The translations under genes were made by a program, and so were the position numbers. The notes beneath the pieces are model-generated. The model was not told the origin of the DNA, ran no database searches, and saw only the letters and a list, made by a program, of their open reading frames with translations. Below, piece after piece: positions 1 to 12,789 of a DNA stretch of 64,000 nt. The stretch's first letter is position 1, and every line of letters starts with the position of its first letter. The DNA is from Chiloscyllium plagiosum (taxonomy: Eukaryota). Where the stretch lies: the NCBI RefSeq assembly GCF_004010195.1, contig NC_057718.1:42090296-42154295 (forward strand), given 5' to 3'.

Positions 1-400
1 TGGAAGGGTACTGGTTGGTACGGCAGGAAAGGAAGAAGCGGAGGGCTTTGAGTCCTTCGTGATGGGGGATGGAGGTGTACAGGGACTGGATGTCCATGGA
101 GAAGATAAGGGGTTGGGGACCGGGGAAGCGAAAATCATGGAGGAGGTGGAGAGTGTGGGTGGTGTCCCGAACGTAGGTGGGGAGTTCTTGGACTAAGGGG
201 GACAGGACCGTGTCGAGGTATGCAGAGATGAGTTCGGTGGGGCAGGAGCAGGCTGATTCTGGATCAGTGGTGCTGGAAGAGCACAGCAATTCAGGCAGCA
301 TCCGAGGACTGGCAAAATCGACATTTCGGGCAAAAGCCCTTCATCAGGAATAAAGCTGAGACAATATGGGTCGGACGGGGCAGTCAGGTTTGTGGATTTT
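1..400 (-). mobile_element. Penelope-like element (PLE) reverse-transcriptase fragment, interrupted at 257-354
   Basis: Minus-strand translation gives KIHKPDCPVRPILS / SACSCPTELISAYLDTVLSPLVQELPTYVRDTTH...FSMDIQSLYTSIPHHEGLKALRFFL, typical PLE RT motifs. Confidence 0.85.
257..354 (-). mobile_element. Short PLE terminal-repeat (pLTR) insertion with hammerhead core
   Basis: Reverse complement of 314-351 is ATTC-CTGATGA-AGGGC-TTTT-GCCC-GAAA-TGTC-GATTTT; flanked by GCTGA at 252-256 and 355-359. Confidence 0.8.
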
Positions 401-2805
401 AAAATTAGTCTACTTTAATGCAAAAGTTAAAATAATATTTACAGTTCATAAATCGACTATTTTGTTTTGGCGTTAAATAAAGAACAGGCACATAATTCTC
501 TGTGTTTGCTTGTATGTTAATGTTTACAAATGTTTGTTTATATCAGGATAGAAAGCTCCGTGCATCCATGTGCCTAATGACCAAAACTGAGTTCCAGGCT
601 ACAATGATAAATTACATTAAATGAGATTTTCTTCCTAACTTATTAAAATTCCTGAAAAATAGCATACATTACATTGATATTCTCTATCAGATAATGTGCA
701 GATTTTGAATATAGGTCGGACAGGATTTTTTCCTACTAAAACATAATATAATAGCATACATTTTAATATAATTTACTAACACCAGACAACCATGCCATTT
801 TGGGAGTCTTTCTCTGTTCTTCTACAAAACGTAAATGTCACAGAGCACTGTACAAGTTGCAAATGATTCAGCAAAGGGCCACTGTTTTAACACAAGTGTT
901 TTATGATGGACTTCTCTTTATCTTTTGTTACAGTGTAGCAGTTTTCCCAGTTAGACCAGTGCTGTTGAAATAATCATGTAAGTTTCTTCCAAATGATTCC
1001 TGTAATGTTTTATTACTAAGGAAGCCAGTTATAAACAAATGGACAGATAATACCTTTAGTACCATTATAACTAATAGTGCTGATAATTCTTTTGACTTTT
1101 GTCTGTTGGAGTGTGAAATTACAAAGAAAAAAAGGTTCTGAAGTATTTCTTCATTGAGCATTTTCTAACAGGCCCACCAATCTGTTCTCAACTAGAAGAT
1201 AAGAGAGAGGCAGACAGGTAAGAATTCACAGAGGACTTGCTCAGAATTTTCTGACATACTTCCTGCTGTGACACCGCAGAGATTGAAGAAGGCTTGTCAT
1301 TCGGCTGTTGATCTTTGAACTTTAGCAGACACAGATCAAAATGATGTGGAAAGAATTGCTGTGCTTTACATGGGCTGCTTACTGCTTTGGAAGTCCGTCC
1401 TTGATGTCAGTCAAACACAACTGGCACCTGGGAATTCTCAAAGTGAAAATACCAGTAACGATTTGTGTTAACAATGCAAGACTCTCTTTTGTGACAACTT
1501 TATGGCAGAAGGCATTATTAGGAAGTGTTCCTTTCTCTATATTTAAATAGAGTGTTAAACCACTCCCGACAAGCTTGAAATAAAACCTCAATGACAATAA
1601 AATATTTTATAATCATCTACTCTGTGAAAAAGTTTTTAATAGTAATGGAGGCCTAATTAAAGGGGTTCGAATGAAATGTTATTTTTCTAATGTTTACTTT
1701 TCCATCTTTGATCAACTATCAAAGTGAAGCATTTTAATTTTGGTGTCCCAACATAGTAACTCATAACCACAAAGTTTTGTCATGCAGATGAACTTAATAA
1801 AAAAGGGAGATAGAGGGCCAATATTACTCTTGTGCTCTATATTATTGTGTTGTAAGTGTATTCAGGGACTTGCATTTTTGCATAGATTTATGATTTTGTT
1901 TTAAATATTGACCAGTGGAAACCTTTGTCAGAATATCGATATTCTGTCCTCTGATAGTAACTAATTTCTTCCAAAAATAAACAATGAATTTTGATGAATA
2001 ATTTTGGAAAATAATTTGGAAGGACCCATTGTTAGAATTTTTGGTAAGACACCAGTAAAGCTTATTGAATTTAAATGCATACCTCTAGTCCAATATTTTA
2101 GTAAATTGGCGATGCTTTGAAATTTGTTTAAGATTTTTATGTTCTTTATTTATCTTCTGTTGTATTGATCACATCAAGCCTTTTCTGTGCACATAAGCTC
2201 TGTATTGGTTGGAAAAAGCAAAAAACACAAGCCACTGTAACTTATTTTTGAGGATAGGGCATCCTTTTCTTGGTGAGGGGGTTGGGGAGATGGGGATGGA
2301 AACACAGTTAAAGAAACAACATTTGGTCCTCATCTCACCTTTCTTCTCCTGGTATATCTTGATAGCAGCTGCTGACAGTTGCACAGTCCTATGCTAAAGC
2401 AATCGTTCATCATTGTGAGCCAGTGCACAAGTGTCTTTGGCTATTTAAGCTATACAGTGCATCACTGTGGAGTCAATTGTCACCCCATTTCAAAGTAGGA
2501 CTGAGATGGGTTTTTTTTTCCTTCAATATCACTGGATGAACTGACAACAGCTGAGGCTCTCCAACCTCTTGATTCCACCTTTAGTCATCTGGTTAGCTGA
2601 ATGGCGCTTGCCTGATCTCTCAAACTCAGCAGCCAGACAGGCATGGTTCATTTATACTTCGCTTTATGTTGTTTGTTCACTTTTAATATTTTCTGATTTT
2701 AAGAATTTTTGTGAATTGATGGGAAACATACTTTGTTGGGGGAATTCTTATTGATTTCACTTATTGTGAAATACGTTATTGTTTCATAGTCAGCCGTTGA
2801 AGTTG

Positions 2806-2930
2806 CTAAAACAAAAACAGAATTGGAGAAACTCTGCTTTCTTCCCTCATGCTGCCAGACCTGCTGAGTTTCACCAGAAATTTTTGTTTTTGTTTCAGAT
2901 TTCCAGCACCACAGTTGTTTGTTTTATATT
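2806..2930. mobile_element. Degenerate, partly inverted pLTR fragment of an older PLE family
   Basis: atgctgccagacctgctgagtttcaccagaaatttttgtttttgtttcagatttccagca, preceded by an inverted aaaacaaaaacagaa...ggagaaactc. Confidence 0.6.
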
Positions 2931-3231
2931 TTTGAAGTTGCTAATTTCTGTGTACTTCATCTCCTCTTAACAGTACAAACCAGTGCCAACTGTAATGTAT
3001 TCATATTTGTTGACATATGCTCAGGAAGTTTTACCTACGGCAAGCTGGTACACAAGGCACACTGTCATCAAATGGCAGGATACATATGTGTTCCTATAAT
3101 TCCTGATCCCAATCTAACTCAATTTGTCAAAACAGGGCTCTGAGCTGAGACCAGACACTTCCAAAAGCAGTCTGACAGATCTCTTTGTAGCCCATATGAT
3201 GGCCTTTAACAGATATTCAGGGAGAACTTAC

Positions 3232-3282
3232 CTATGCGATTGTCAGCCATAGAGCAACACATTGCACAGGATGAAGGAGAAG
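3232..3282 (-). CDS. Candidate 51-nt internal exon (phase 1-1) of an unidentified gene, xSPSSCAMCCSMADNRI
   Basis: Minus-strand acceptor attttattttctctctttag and donor TAG|gtaagt; length is a multiple of 3; only one frame is open; lies in non-repetitive sequence; no homology recognised. Confidence 0.4.
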   Translation of the reverse strand, partial: LLLHPVQCVALWLTIA

Positions 3283-3548
3283 CTAAAGAGAGAAAATAAA
3301 ATCTGACCCAACATTTTGTACCATAGTAATTTATTTTCCAGAGCAATGTTTTAGCATTGCATTCCATATGTGTTCTAGAAAAATTTTAAAAATCTTTGGT
3401 ATTTTCATTTGAACAAGATCTTTGATCGTTTTGAAAACAAACATAAGATATCTTTTAGGGGCAAGGATTAACATCATTGAAAGAAGATAAACAAAAACAT
3501 TGTTTTCCATTTTTCATCAAACATTTGTTTTGCTGATTTCTGTCTATA

Positions 3549-3707
3549 CAGAGGAACCTTGATTATCCGGCATTCGATTATCCAAATATTGGATAATCGG
3601 TACCATGTGATCTTGCCAGATGCTTAGTTAAACTATGTTATCTGGCATTCTATTAACCGAATGAATTACTCCCTGTCCGTGTCCTTCAGATAATTGAGGT
3701 TCCTCTG
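3549..3707. mobile_element. Tc1/mariner-Tigger-type MITE
   Basis: TIRs CAGAGGAACCTTGATTATCCG ... CAGATAATTGAGGTTCCTCTG, flanked by TA on both sides. Confidence 0.8.
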
Positions 3708-3984
3708 TAGTGCATGTTGTAAAACAAAATAACAACATTTTCTGCACTCTGCACTGTTGTATCACCTGAAAATGGAACATTCTCAGATTATTTTTGAACA
3801 TGTTTCAGGCCAGTTTCAAACAGTCCTGAAAGCTTACACTTTGCCACCATAACCATTAACCAATTTAGTCTCCAATTTTCTGATTATAATCTCAAAGGAA
3901 CTTGTTAATATGAAGTCTGATGAGGAGAACTACTTTTCTGGTCTCCGAGGCCATTTACAATGTATCAGCCTGATCGTCCAAGCA

Positions 3985-4227
3985 TAACATAAAGGATAAT
4001 CAGGCTAAAGAGTTAGTTACAGGTTTTAAAAGTTTTATATTTTTGAGTTTAGGGAAGGGTACTGGTTGGAACAGCGTGAGAGGAAGAATCGGAGGGTTTG
4101 GAGGTCTTTGTCATGGCAGATGGATGTGCACAGGGACTAGATGTCCATGGTGAAGTAACATAAAGGATAATCAGGCTAAAGAGTTAGTTACAGGTTTTAA
4201 AAGTTTTATATTTTTGAGTTTAGGGAA
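3985..4227. repeat. 72-bp direct duplication flanking a copied PLE RT fragment
   Basis: 3985-4056 is identical to 4156-4227; the intervening 4053-4155 matches 4414-4516 with 2 mismatches. Confidence 0.9.
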
Positions 4228-4245
4228 AGGCCAACTGAAAAATAT

Positions 4246-4965
4246 TGTCATCCTTGGTGATGGACTGTTCCACGTACCCGACAAAGAGGCAGGCATATCT
4301 GGGTCCATGCGGGTGCCCATGGCTACCCCTTTGAATTGGAGGAAGTGGGAGGATTGGAAAGATAAATTGTTAAGGGTGAGGACCATTTCATCCAGGCGGA
4401 TGAGGGTGTTGGTGGAAGGGTACTGGTTGGAACAGCATGAGAGGAAGAATCGGAGGGTTTGGAGGTCTTTGTCATGGCAGGTGGATGTGCACAGGGACTA
4501 GATGTCCATGGTGAAGATGAGGCGTTGGGGCTGTGGAAACAAAAATCTTGGAGGTGAAGGGCATGGGTGGTGCCCTGAACATAGATGGTGTTGAGGGTTG
4601 CAGAGATGAGGTCAGTGGGACAGGAGCAGGCTGAGACAATGTGTTGCCTGGTAAAGTCAGGTTTGTAAATCTTTGGTAGGAGGTAGAAATGGATGGTGTG
4701 GTTGGAGGCTGCGGGTGGGAGATCCCCAGAGGTAATGAGGTTGTGGATGGTCTGGGAGATGATGAGATTGGAAGGGGAAGTTGTTAAGGGTGAGGACCAG
4801 TTCAGCCAGGCGGATGAAGCTGTCAGTGGAAGGTTAGTGGGATTGGAAGGAGAAGTTGTTAAGGGTGGATTGGATTCTTGATGAAGGGTTTATGCTGAAA
4901 CATCAATTCTCCTGCTTCTCTGATGCTGCCTGACCTGCTGTGCTTTTCCAGCACCCTACTCTCGA
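4246..4965. mobile_element. Inverted PLE insertion: RT fragment (-) joined to pLTR (+)
   Basis: Minus-strand VLTLNNLSFQSSHFLQFKGVAMGTRM (PLE RT motif B); pLTR at 4873-4965 on plus; perfect 14-bp TSD CAACTGAAAAATAT at 4232-4245 and 4966-4979. Confidence 0.85.
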
Positions 4966-5069
4966 CAACTGAAAAATATGTTTTGACAATTCTTTTGTTA
5001 AAATAGTATAATGTATTTAATTAGTGCCCAAAAGGACAAGAGCTTCCCTTTAATTCCTCCCTTCAACTG

Positions 5070-5745
5070 ATCAGGGCACCGAACAGCCTTTCCAGGTCAA
5101 AAATTGATATTATTTATTTTCCAATTGGGTACTTACTGCTCACAATGGGGCCTCCGCTGCAATGGAGATGCCCAACCCCAGATTCTGTCATCATTGATAG
5201 ACATCTCAGTTCGTTCTTAAAGCATGACCCTGATACTTCAGTCATTTGCCTTTTTAATTTTCAATTTTATTCCCAACCTAACCACACTGTCCTCGCCGCT
5301 GACTGCACTGTTCCAATGAAATGCAATCAAAACTTGAGGGACTGTACCTCATCTTTCAATCAGGCACTTTACAACCTTACAGATTCAAAAACGGAATTCT
5401 AAAATTTAAGATCATAATCTCTATCCCCATTTTCTTGGACATCTTGCGCAGTTGCCATTTACATTTGTTCTACACTATTGTTTTTTTATTGATCCCAAAG
5501 ACACCCTTTTATTGCCTTACACCATTATCTCTTTTCACCACTCTGGCCTTCCACCCCAGACCTCTTTTGTTCTCTGATTTTGTGTTTATTCCCTCCCTAT
5601 CCCATATATGTTTATAAATTGTTACATCTCTAACTTCTTCCAGCTTTAATGAAAGACCATAAACACTAAGCACTCATCCTGCTCCTCCCTCTAGATGGTG
5701 ACTAGACTTGGTGAGTCTTTCCAGCATTTTCTGGGTTTATCTCAG
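5070..5745 (+). mobile_element. Decayed PLE 3' end: GIY-YIG endonuclease region plus pLTR
   Basis: Fragments YCSQWGL, RHLSSFLKHDPDTSVICLFN and LHCSNEMQSKLEGLYLIFQSGTLQP resemble the PLE endonuclease C-terminus; decayed pLTR (ctttccagcattttctg) follows. Confidence 0.75.
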
Positions 5746-5874
5746 GTGGTTGATTGTTCATGGTGATCATTAGCAGATAGTAAAAATTTGAAATGAGTTC
5801 ATATGAAAACATAATGCCTATTCAAATAATTTTTAAAAATCAAATCTATTAGAAAACCAAATGTGTGGACAGTT

Positions 5875-6345
5875 TATAGACAATAGGTGCAGGAGTAGGC
5901 CATTCTGCCCTTCGAGCCAGCACCACCATTCATTATGATCATGGCTGATCATCCTCAATCAGTACCCTGTTCCTGCCTTATCCACATAGTCCTTGATTCC
6001 ACTATCCTTAAGAGCTCTATCCAACTCTTTCTTGAAAGTATCCAGAGACTTGGCCTCCACAGCCTTCTGGGGCAGAGCATTCCATACACCCACCATTCTC
6101 CTCAACTCTGTTCTAAGTGGCCTACACCTTATTTTTAAACTGTGTCCTCTGGTTCGGGACTCACCCATCAGCAGAAACATGTTTCCTGCCTCCAGAGTGT
6201 CCAATCCTTTAATAATCTTATACGTCTCAATCAGATCCCCTCTCAGCCTTCAAAACTCAAGCGTATACAAGCCCAGTTGCTCCAATCTTTCAGTGTAAGA
6301 TAGTCCCGCCATTCTGGGAATTGACCTTTGCACTCCCTCAATGTC
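5875..6345 (-). mobile_element. CR1 LINE 3' end
   Basis: GESRTRGHSLKIR...VWNALPQKAVEAKSLDTFKKELD (CR1 ORF2 C-terminus) plus 3' UTR. Confidence 0.9.
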
Positions 6346-7624
6346 AACTTTCTAATTACAGTACCTAGAATTATAGGCCCACCAAGAAAAGTGACCATTG
6401 GTTAGTAATTTAGTTGTTATGTTACTATTTTATTGTTAGAAAACTACTGTGTACCTTAATGTCCTAACATAATTCTACGGTTTAAAATGATTTACCCAAG
6501 ATAAGGTTAATATTGACTAGTCAAATTTAGTCCATCTAATAGAGATTACTTCGACATTTACGTGAATGTTTAATATATCATCTCATACTGACTATGCATT
6601 TGGGAATTATTCTTAATTCCAGTTTTGTAACATATCACAACAATATATAAAGACAGGCTATTAATCTTTGAATCCCATCAGCTGATCCAGTACTTCGGCC
6701 TTTCATAAACTGAAAAGAACCAGGTCCGCATCTTCTGTTTGATTTACACTGTTATGAGAATCTTTATATTTTAGAGATCAAACCTCAACTGCAATTATGA
6801 AGCCAGGACACACAATCTTAGCAGACACCAACATACAAATAAGCTGTTACTTCAAGCAGCTCATTTTGACAGACCAGAAAGAGATGAAATTAAGTTTGCA
6901 GAACTGAACATGAGCTAAGCAGGCTGTCTGTCAACAGGACTGACTGGAAAGAAACAGTGGGGAAGGGAGAAGTTAAAGGATAAAGGATTTCTGCTGAAGA
7001 CAACTAATCAACTGTGGTCTCAAGTTAAATCTTCAAGGAGGTCCAAAGGGCTCACAACTGAATACTTCTTTTAACTTTATACCTGTGTGTAAGGATCCAA
7101 GTGAATTCCTGAAAACAGTATGCTTCATTTTAGAGCTTTATCATCTTTTCAGGGTGAACATGTAATAAAACTGTTCTGTCTTTCACATAGGAAAATCTTG
7201 TGAATGGCCTCTTTTGGATTATAGTAAAAGTAGCTAACTACATTCAGTCGGAGAATGGTATAGCCTCATGCTGAAAAGAACTTAAATCTTTGTTGGAACT
7301 CATCAAGGAGGTTGCCAAGAAGGAATCTGGTTCACCTCTTCCCACTTGGTTGCAATAAATACAATAAAATATTGTGTGTGCGCCTTTGAATGTAAATGTA
7401 TGACATGAGATAATCTGAGGAAACAAGAACGATCCAGGTATTACCAAATTTCTGAAATAATCTTAATCTACATAATTCACATGTGGAAAAGAAGCTTATA
7501 GTTCCTCCCTAGTTCTGTCCACAGATTTAAGAAAATACATATTTTATTTATACAATGCATATGATGCTAAGAAATACCAGTGTTTCAGCTGCATATGAAA
7601 AGGTATTCTTTGATTTTATGAATA

Positions 7625-7841
7625 TAGGTAGTCCTGCTACTACCTGGTAGTTGCGTTCCTATGTGACCCCACATTAAACAAAAATTACGTAACAAAAACA
7701 CTTAAAATATTGGCGATACAATTGTCTTATAGCCAATACACACTTAAAAAGTTTGCGCTTTAGAAAAACCATTTCCAATTTACTTAATCACGTTACAGCC
7801 AATTTGCATTAACAAATGACGAGTTATAGCAGAACTACCTG
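7625..7841. mobile_element. Tc1/Tigger-type MITE (second family)
   Basis: TIRs (T/C)AGGTAGTCCTGCTA ... TATAGCAGAACTACCTG with flanking TA dinucleotides. Confidence 0.7.
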
Positions 7842-9330
7842 TACTTTCATTTTTATCAGAGTTATTTCAATGTTCACTACCTCAAGATGATACCCAATGG
7901 AATGTACAATTGAGGGCTGATTTGTTTTTGTGCCAAATCATTTGCTACAATTCATATAATGCATTACTCAGTCATTTTCCATTGTTTAAAATCATTATCT
8001 CTACTTACAAGACTCATCACAAATCACCTGATATTCTGATTTCCTGAGACTTGTTCAGTCTCATAATGAAAGATATTCATTGCAGAGGTGAACTTTCACT
8101 GACTCCCCCCACAACTATAATAGGTATCTAGCAGAATTGCTTGATGGAATGGAATTAGACCAAGACTGACCTTAATTAGGAAATTCCAATTTGTCATGTA
8201 AGAGGATGGAGTTTCTATTACATTTTAACAAAACCAGCCATGGCAGAGCAAGTGGAAGTGAGGTCAGGTCTCCCTCTGCTGAATTTATCATTTTCCCAGC
8301 CCATGGCAGGCCAAGCTCTAACTAACATCTTTGAAGGTGGGAAGTGCATCTCTGCTCATGCAATGATGGCTGAGCATTGAAAGTGCCTGCTGCACGAGGC
8401 AATCAGGCTCCTAGAAGGCACCATTAGCCCATCTTAATGAGGTATCCTCACATGGACTGAAAAATATCAGAGTAAGCCCTGGAAGGCAGTGCTGAGCATG
8501 ATCACATGCCCAATTTAAGAGCTGCTACTTCCCTAAATCATTTGCCTTGTTATTGAAGATGAACATAGTTCTATTATGTTTTCATGGAAGCTTGGCAGTG
8601 GACAATGAGAAGAGTAAATCCTGCAAAATAATGAAACTTTTGAAGGCAGAATTTTCCCAGCATGGTGTGGACAGTTTTGTGAGCATTTGGGATGACCAAG
8701 TTCTGGAAAATAACAGATTCCAATGTGATTCTAGCCTCTTCCTGGAAGAGTTGATAACCAGTGGGGAACCACCATGGGTCTGATGGGAAAACAGTTGATG
8801 TGATTAAATAGGCAATTAAGAGCCTTCTTGAACATGGTGAAGAGGATATAAGGAAGCCACAAAAAGCTGTAGATAGGTTACGTGAGCAGACAAAAATTCA
8901 GCAAATGACTTGATATTGCTCATTTTAGCAGGAAGAACACAGAAGGAGCATAAATTTCTGACGGGGAGAGATTGCAGAACTCTGAAATACTGAGGGATCT
9001 GGATGTCCTAGTGTAGAAATCACAAAAGATTAAAAGGCAGGTACATCAAGTCATTAGGAAAACCGATATAATGTTATTATTTACTGTGAGAAGAGTACAA
9101 AAATAGGGAGGCTAAGGCTCAGTTATGCAGGGTACTGGTGAGACCATGTCTGGAGTACTGTGCACAGTATTGTCAGCTTATTTAAGGCTGGGTGTAAATG
9201 CATTGGAAGCAATTCAGAGAAGATCTATCAGCCTAATGTCTGGAATGGGTGGATTGTCTTAAGTAAAGACTGGACAGACTAGGCTTGTAGATGCTGGAGT
9301 TTAGAAGAATAAGAGGGAACATGACTGAAA

Positions 9331-9628
9331 TTAGATTAGATTACTTACAGTGTGGAAACAGGCCCTTCGGCCCAACAAGTCCACACCCTGACCCTCCGAA
9401 GAGCAACCCACCTAGACCCATTCCCCTATATTTACCCCTTCACCTAACACTATGGGCAATTTAACATGGCCAATTCTCCTAACTTGCACATCTTTGGACT
9501 GTGGGAGGAAACCGGAGCACACGGAGGAAACCCACGCAGACACGGGGAGTACGTGCAAACTCCACACCGACGGTTGCCAGAGGCGGGAATTGAACCCCGG
9601 TCCCTGGTGCTAACCACTGTGCCGCCCA
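9331..9628 (-). mobile_element. HE1-type tRNA-derived V-SINE
   Basis: On minus: tRNA head GGGCGGCACAGTGGTTAGCAC with B box GGTTCAATTCCC, V-domain GTGTGGAGTTTGCAC...CTCCCCGTGTCTGCGTGGGTTTCC, CR1-derived tail ending in (TAATC)n. Confidence 0.9.
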
Positions 9629-9632
9629 AGAA

Positions 9633-9928
9633 ATTAGATTACCTACAGTATGCAAACAGGCCCTTCAGCCCAACAAGTCCACACCGACCCTCCAAAGAGC
9701 AACTCACCCAGACCTATTCCCCTACATCTATCCTTGACTAATGTACCTAATATTATGGGCAATTTAGCTTGGCCAATTCACCTAACCTGCACATCTTTGC
9801 ACTGTGGGAGGAAACCCCACATAGACACAGGGAGAATGTCTGTGTAGAGTTTGCACAGTCGCCCAAGGTGGAAATTGAACCTGGGTCCCTGGCGCTATGA
9901 GGCAGCAGTGCTAACCACTGAGCCTCCC
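9633..9928 (-). mobile_element. HE1-type V-SINE, second tandem copy
   Basis: Same structure as 9331-9628 with an internal deletion; head GGCTCAGTGGTTAGCACTGCTGCC. Confidence 0.9.
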
Positions 9929-10118
9929 CTGAGGGATCTTGACAGGGTAGGTGTGGGAAGGATGTTTCATTTTTTGGGAGAATCCAGAACTAGATGTCAC
10001 TGTTTAAGAATCTGAGATTGCCTATTTAAAAGAAAGATTGGGCAAAACCTTTTCATTCAGAGGGTTGAGTGTTTTTGAAACTCTGTTCCTGAAAATATGA
10101 CTCTATGGTGGAGGCAGA

Positions 10119-10326
10119 ATTAGATTAGATTAGATTACTTACAGTGTGGAAACAGGCCCTTCGGCCCAACAGGTCCACACCGACCCGCCGAAGCGCAACC
10201 CACCCATACCCCTACATTTACCCCATGGCCAATTCACCTGACCTGCACATCTTTGGACTGTGGGAGGAAACTGGAGCACCCAGAGGAAACCCACGCAGAC
10301 ACGGGGAGAACGTGCAAACTCCACAC
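10119..10326 (-). mobile_element. HE1-type V-SINE, 5'-truncated
   Basis: V-domain and (TTAGA)n tail present; tRNA head missing. Confidence 0.9.
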
Positions 10327-10649
10327 GTTGGTTTAAAGGTACTGGTTTAATGGTACTGGTACTGGTTTAATGGTTTAAAGGTACTGACAGATTCTTGTTA
10401 AGCCAAGGGGTAAAAGGAATATATGAGAATGCAGATTTGATGCTCTCCACCATTCAAGATGATCATGGCTTATCCAATTACCAACTCAGGGGCTGAATGG
10501 CTACTCCTACTTGTTCATATAGTTGTATAAATGTATGGATTCTTTTCGTTCCAACATGGTGTAGGTGCTATTTTATGCCCACACCTTTATCAGTAGCACA
10601 AGGAAAGTGCAACTAAATTCAAACATTTTCAGTGAAAAATATAAACATA

Positions 10650-11020
10650 CAAAATAGGAATAGGAGTAGGCTAGTCAACTATTTGAACCTGTTCCACCAT
10701 TCATTATGATCACATCTGATCATCCAACTCAGTATCCTATTCTCACCATACAATCCCTTGAGCCAAAAAGAATTATATATGACTCTTTCTTCAAAACATT
10801 CAATCTTTTAGCCTCAACCAGATTCTGTGACAGAACTCCACAGGTTCTCTCGGCGAAAAAATGTATCCTCATCTCAGTCCTAAATGGCCTATCCCATATC
10901 CTTAAACTGCAACCTTGCTTCTTGATTCCTGAGTCATTGGGAACATCCTTCCTGGATTTGTGCAATCTATTCCTGTAAGAGTTTTATAGCTTTCAATGAG
11001 ATACCCCCTCATTCTTTTGT
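10650..11020 (-). mobile_element. CR1 LINE 3' end, older copy
   Basis: GCSLRIWDRPFRTEMRIHFF...LSQNLVEAKRLNVLKKE plus CR1 3' UTR. Confidence 0.8.
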
Positions 11021-11039
11021 AGCCAACAAACTGGAAAGG

Positions 11040-11727
11040 ATTACCTTGGAGTGCAGTTTCATAATTCCTTCAAAGTAGAGTTGCAGGTAGATAGGGTAGT
11101 GATGCAGGCATAATACTCTGACTAATAACAGAAAGTGAGTACAGAAGTTGGGAGGTCATGTTGCAGCTGTACAGGACATTGGTTAAGCCACTTTTGGAAT
11201 ATTGCATGCAATTCTGATCTCCTTATCGGAAGGATGTTGTGAAACTTGAAAGGGTTCAGAAAAGATTTACAGGAATGTTACTAGGGTTGGAGGATTTGAG
11301 CTATAGGGAGAGGATGTATAGGCTGGGGCTGTTTTCCCTGGAGCGTCGGAGGCTGAGGGCTGACCTTAAAGAGGTTAATAAAATCATGAGGGGCATGGAT
11401 AGGATAAATAGACAAAGTCTCTTCCCTGGGGTGGGGGAGTCCCGAACTAGAGGGCATAGGTTTAGGGTGAGAGGGGTAAGATATAAAAGAGACCTAAGGG
11501 ACAACCTTTTCATGTGAGGGTGTTTCGTGTATGGAATTAGCTGCCAGAGGAAGTGATGGAGACTGGTACAATTGCAACATTTAAAAGGCATTTGGATGGG
11601 TATATGAATAGTAAGAGTTTGGAGTGATATGGGCCAGGTGCTGGCATGTGGGACTAGATTGGGTTGGGATATCTGGTCAGCATGGATGAGTTGGAACATC
11701 TGTGCTGTACATCTCTATGACTCTATT
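11040..11727 (+). mobile_element. CR1 LINE 3' end
   Basis: KLERVQKRFTGML...RLGLFSLERRRLRADL...GESRTRGHRFRVRG; tail ctctatgactctat. Confidence 0.92.
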
Positions 11728-11769
11728 TGATTAGTTACAATGAAGAGCACCAGTCCTGAACTAATACTC

Positions 11770-12290
11770 CGAAGTCCCATTGTGTTTCAGATTTCCGAAG
11801 CCTTTCCTAGTTTAGAAAATAGTTTATTCTATTTTCTTCTTATCAAAGTGCATAACCTTATACTTTCCCACACTGTATTCCATCTGCCACTTCATTGCCA
11901 ACTCTCCAAGTTATGCAAGTCCTTCTACAGCTTCCCTGCTTCCTCAACACTACCTGTCCCTCCAACTATCTTTGTGTCATCAGCGAACTTAACAACAGTG
12001 TCCTCAGTCCCTTTGTCCAGATAGATAATGGATAATGTGAACACTTATGGTCCCAACACGGCCCCATGTGAAACTCCATTAGTCACTGGCTGCCTTTGTG
12101 AAAAAAGACCCCTTTATCCGTACTCTCTGCCAGTCAGCCAATTCTCTGACCATGCCGATACCTTGTTTCCAACACCATGGACTCATATTATTTAGCAGCC
12201 TGCCATGAAAAGTTTTTCCGGAAATCCAATTGTCTCTCATTTGTCTAATTTTCTTGTTACGTCCTCAAAAGAATTCAAACAGATTTGCCA
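11770..12290 (-). mobile_element. CR1 RT fragment
   Basis: Reverse complement contains VKFADDTKIVG and PVTNGVSHGAVLGP remnants. Confidence 0.75.
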
Positions 12291-12789
12291 ATCTCTTGAG
12301 GTCCTGGAACCTCCCTTTGTTGTCTTGAAGCTGGAGGGACTACTCTTCTGCTGTTGTCTTCATCAGCGACTTCCATCCATGTCTGCTAACACTTAGGATT
12401 GAGAGTACTCAGTCCTCTGCAGTCCTTCAGATCCCTTTACAAGACCTCAGAGTAATAGCAAAGGGCCTGAGTAGTACCTCTCTATTCCTGTGGTTGAAGT
12501 CTCAAATATCCAAGTGCTTGTAAGCCTTGAAACCCATGCTGAATTCACTTTAATTGGAAAGCCTTCCTTTAATAGAATGGTTATATTCCAATCGGGGAGC
12601 CTGGATCTAGGATGAATGTTAGTTTGTCTTGAGAAAGAGCTATGGCAGAGCACAGAAATCAGGGAGTTAGATTCTCAATTTGAAAATCATCTTGCAATTC
12701 CAGCAGAGAATAAGATGAGGAAACTTGCTCATTATAAATGTTTATCAGATTAAGTAGAATGCAATTAACGGTCAGGTTGTGCCAATTGC

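Larger units (their letters stand above)
8650..10540 (+). mobile_element. Decayed CR1 ORF2/3' region interrupted by three SINEs
   Basis: Remnants of LVRPCLEYCAQY, RLGL..LEFRRIRG, GESRTRCHCLRI; 3' UTR ggggctgaatggctactcct. Confidence 0.75.

Noticed and set aside
780..1600. Protein-like ORFs on both strands and a 46-nt plus-strand exon-like segment (1172-1217)
   Set aside because: Frames are broken by stops, no family is recognisable and no partner exons were found.
9590..9928. tRNA-like A/B boxes
   Set aside because: They are SINE heads without a full cloverleaf, not tRNA genes.
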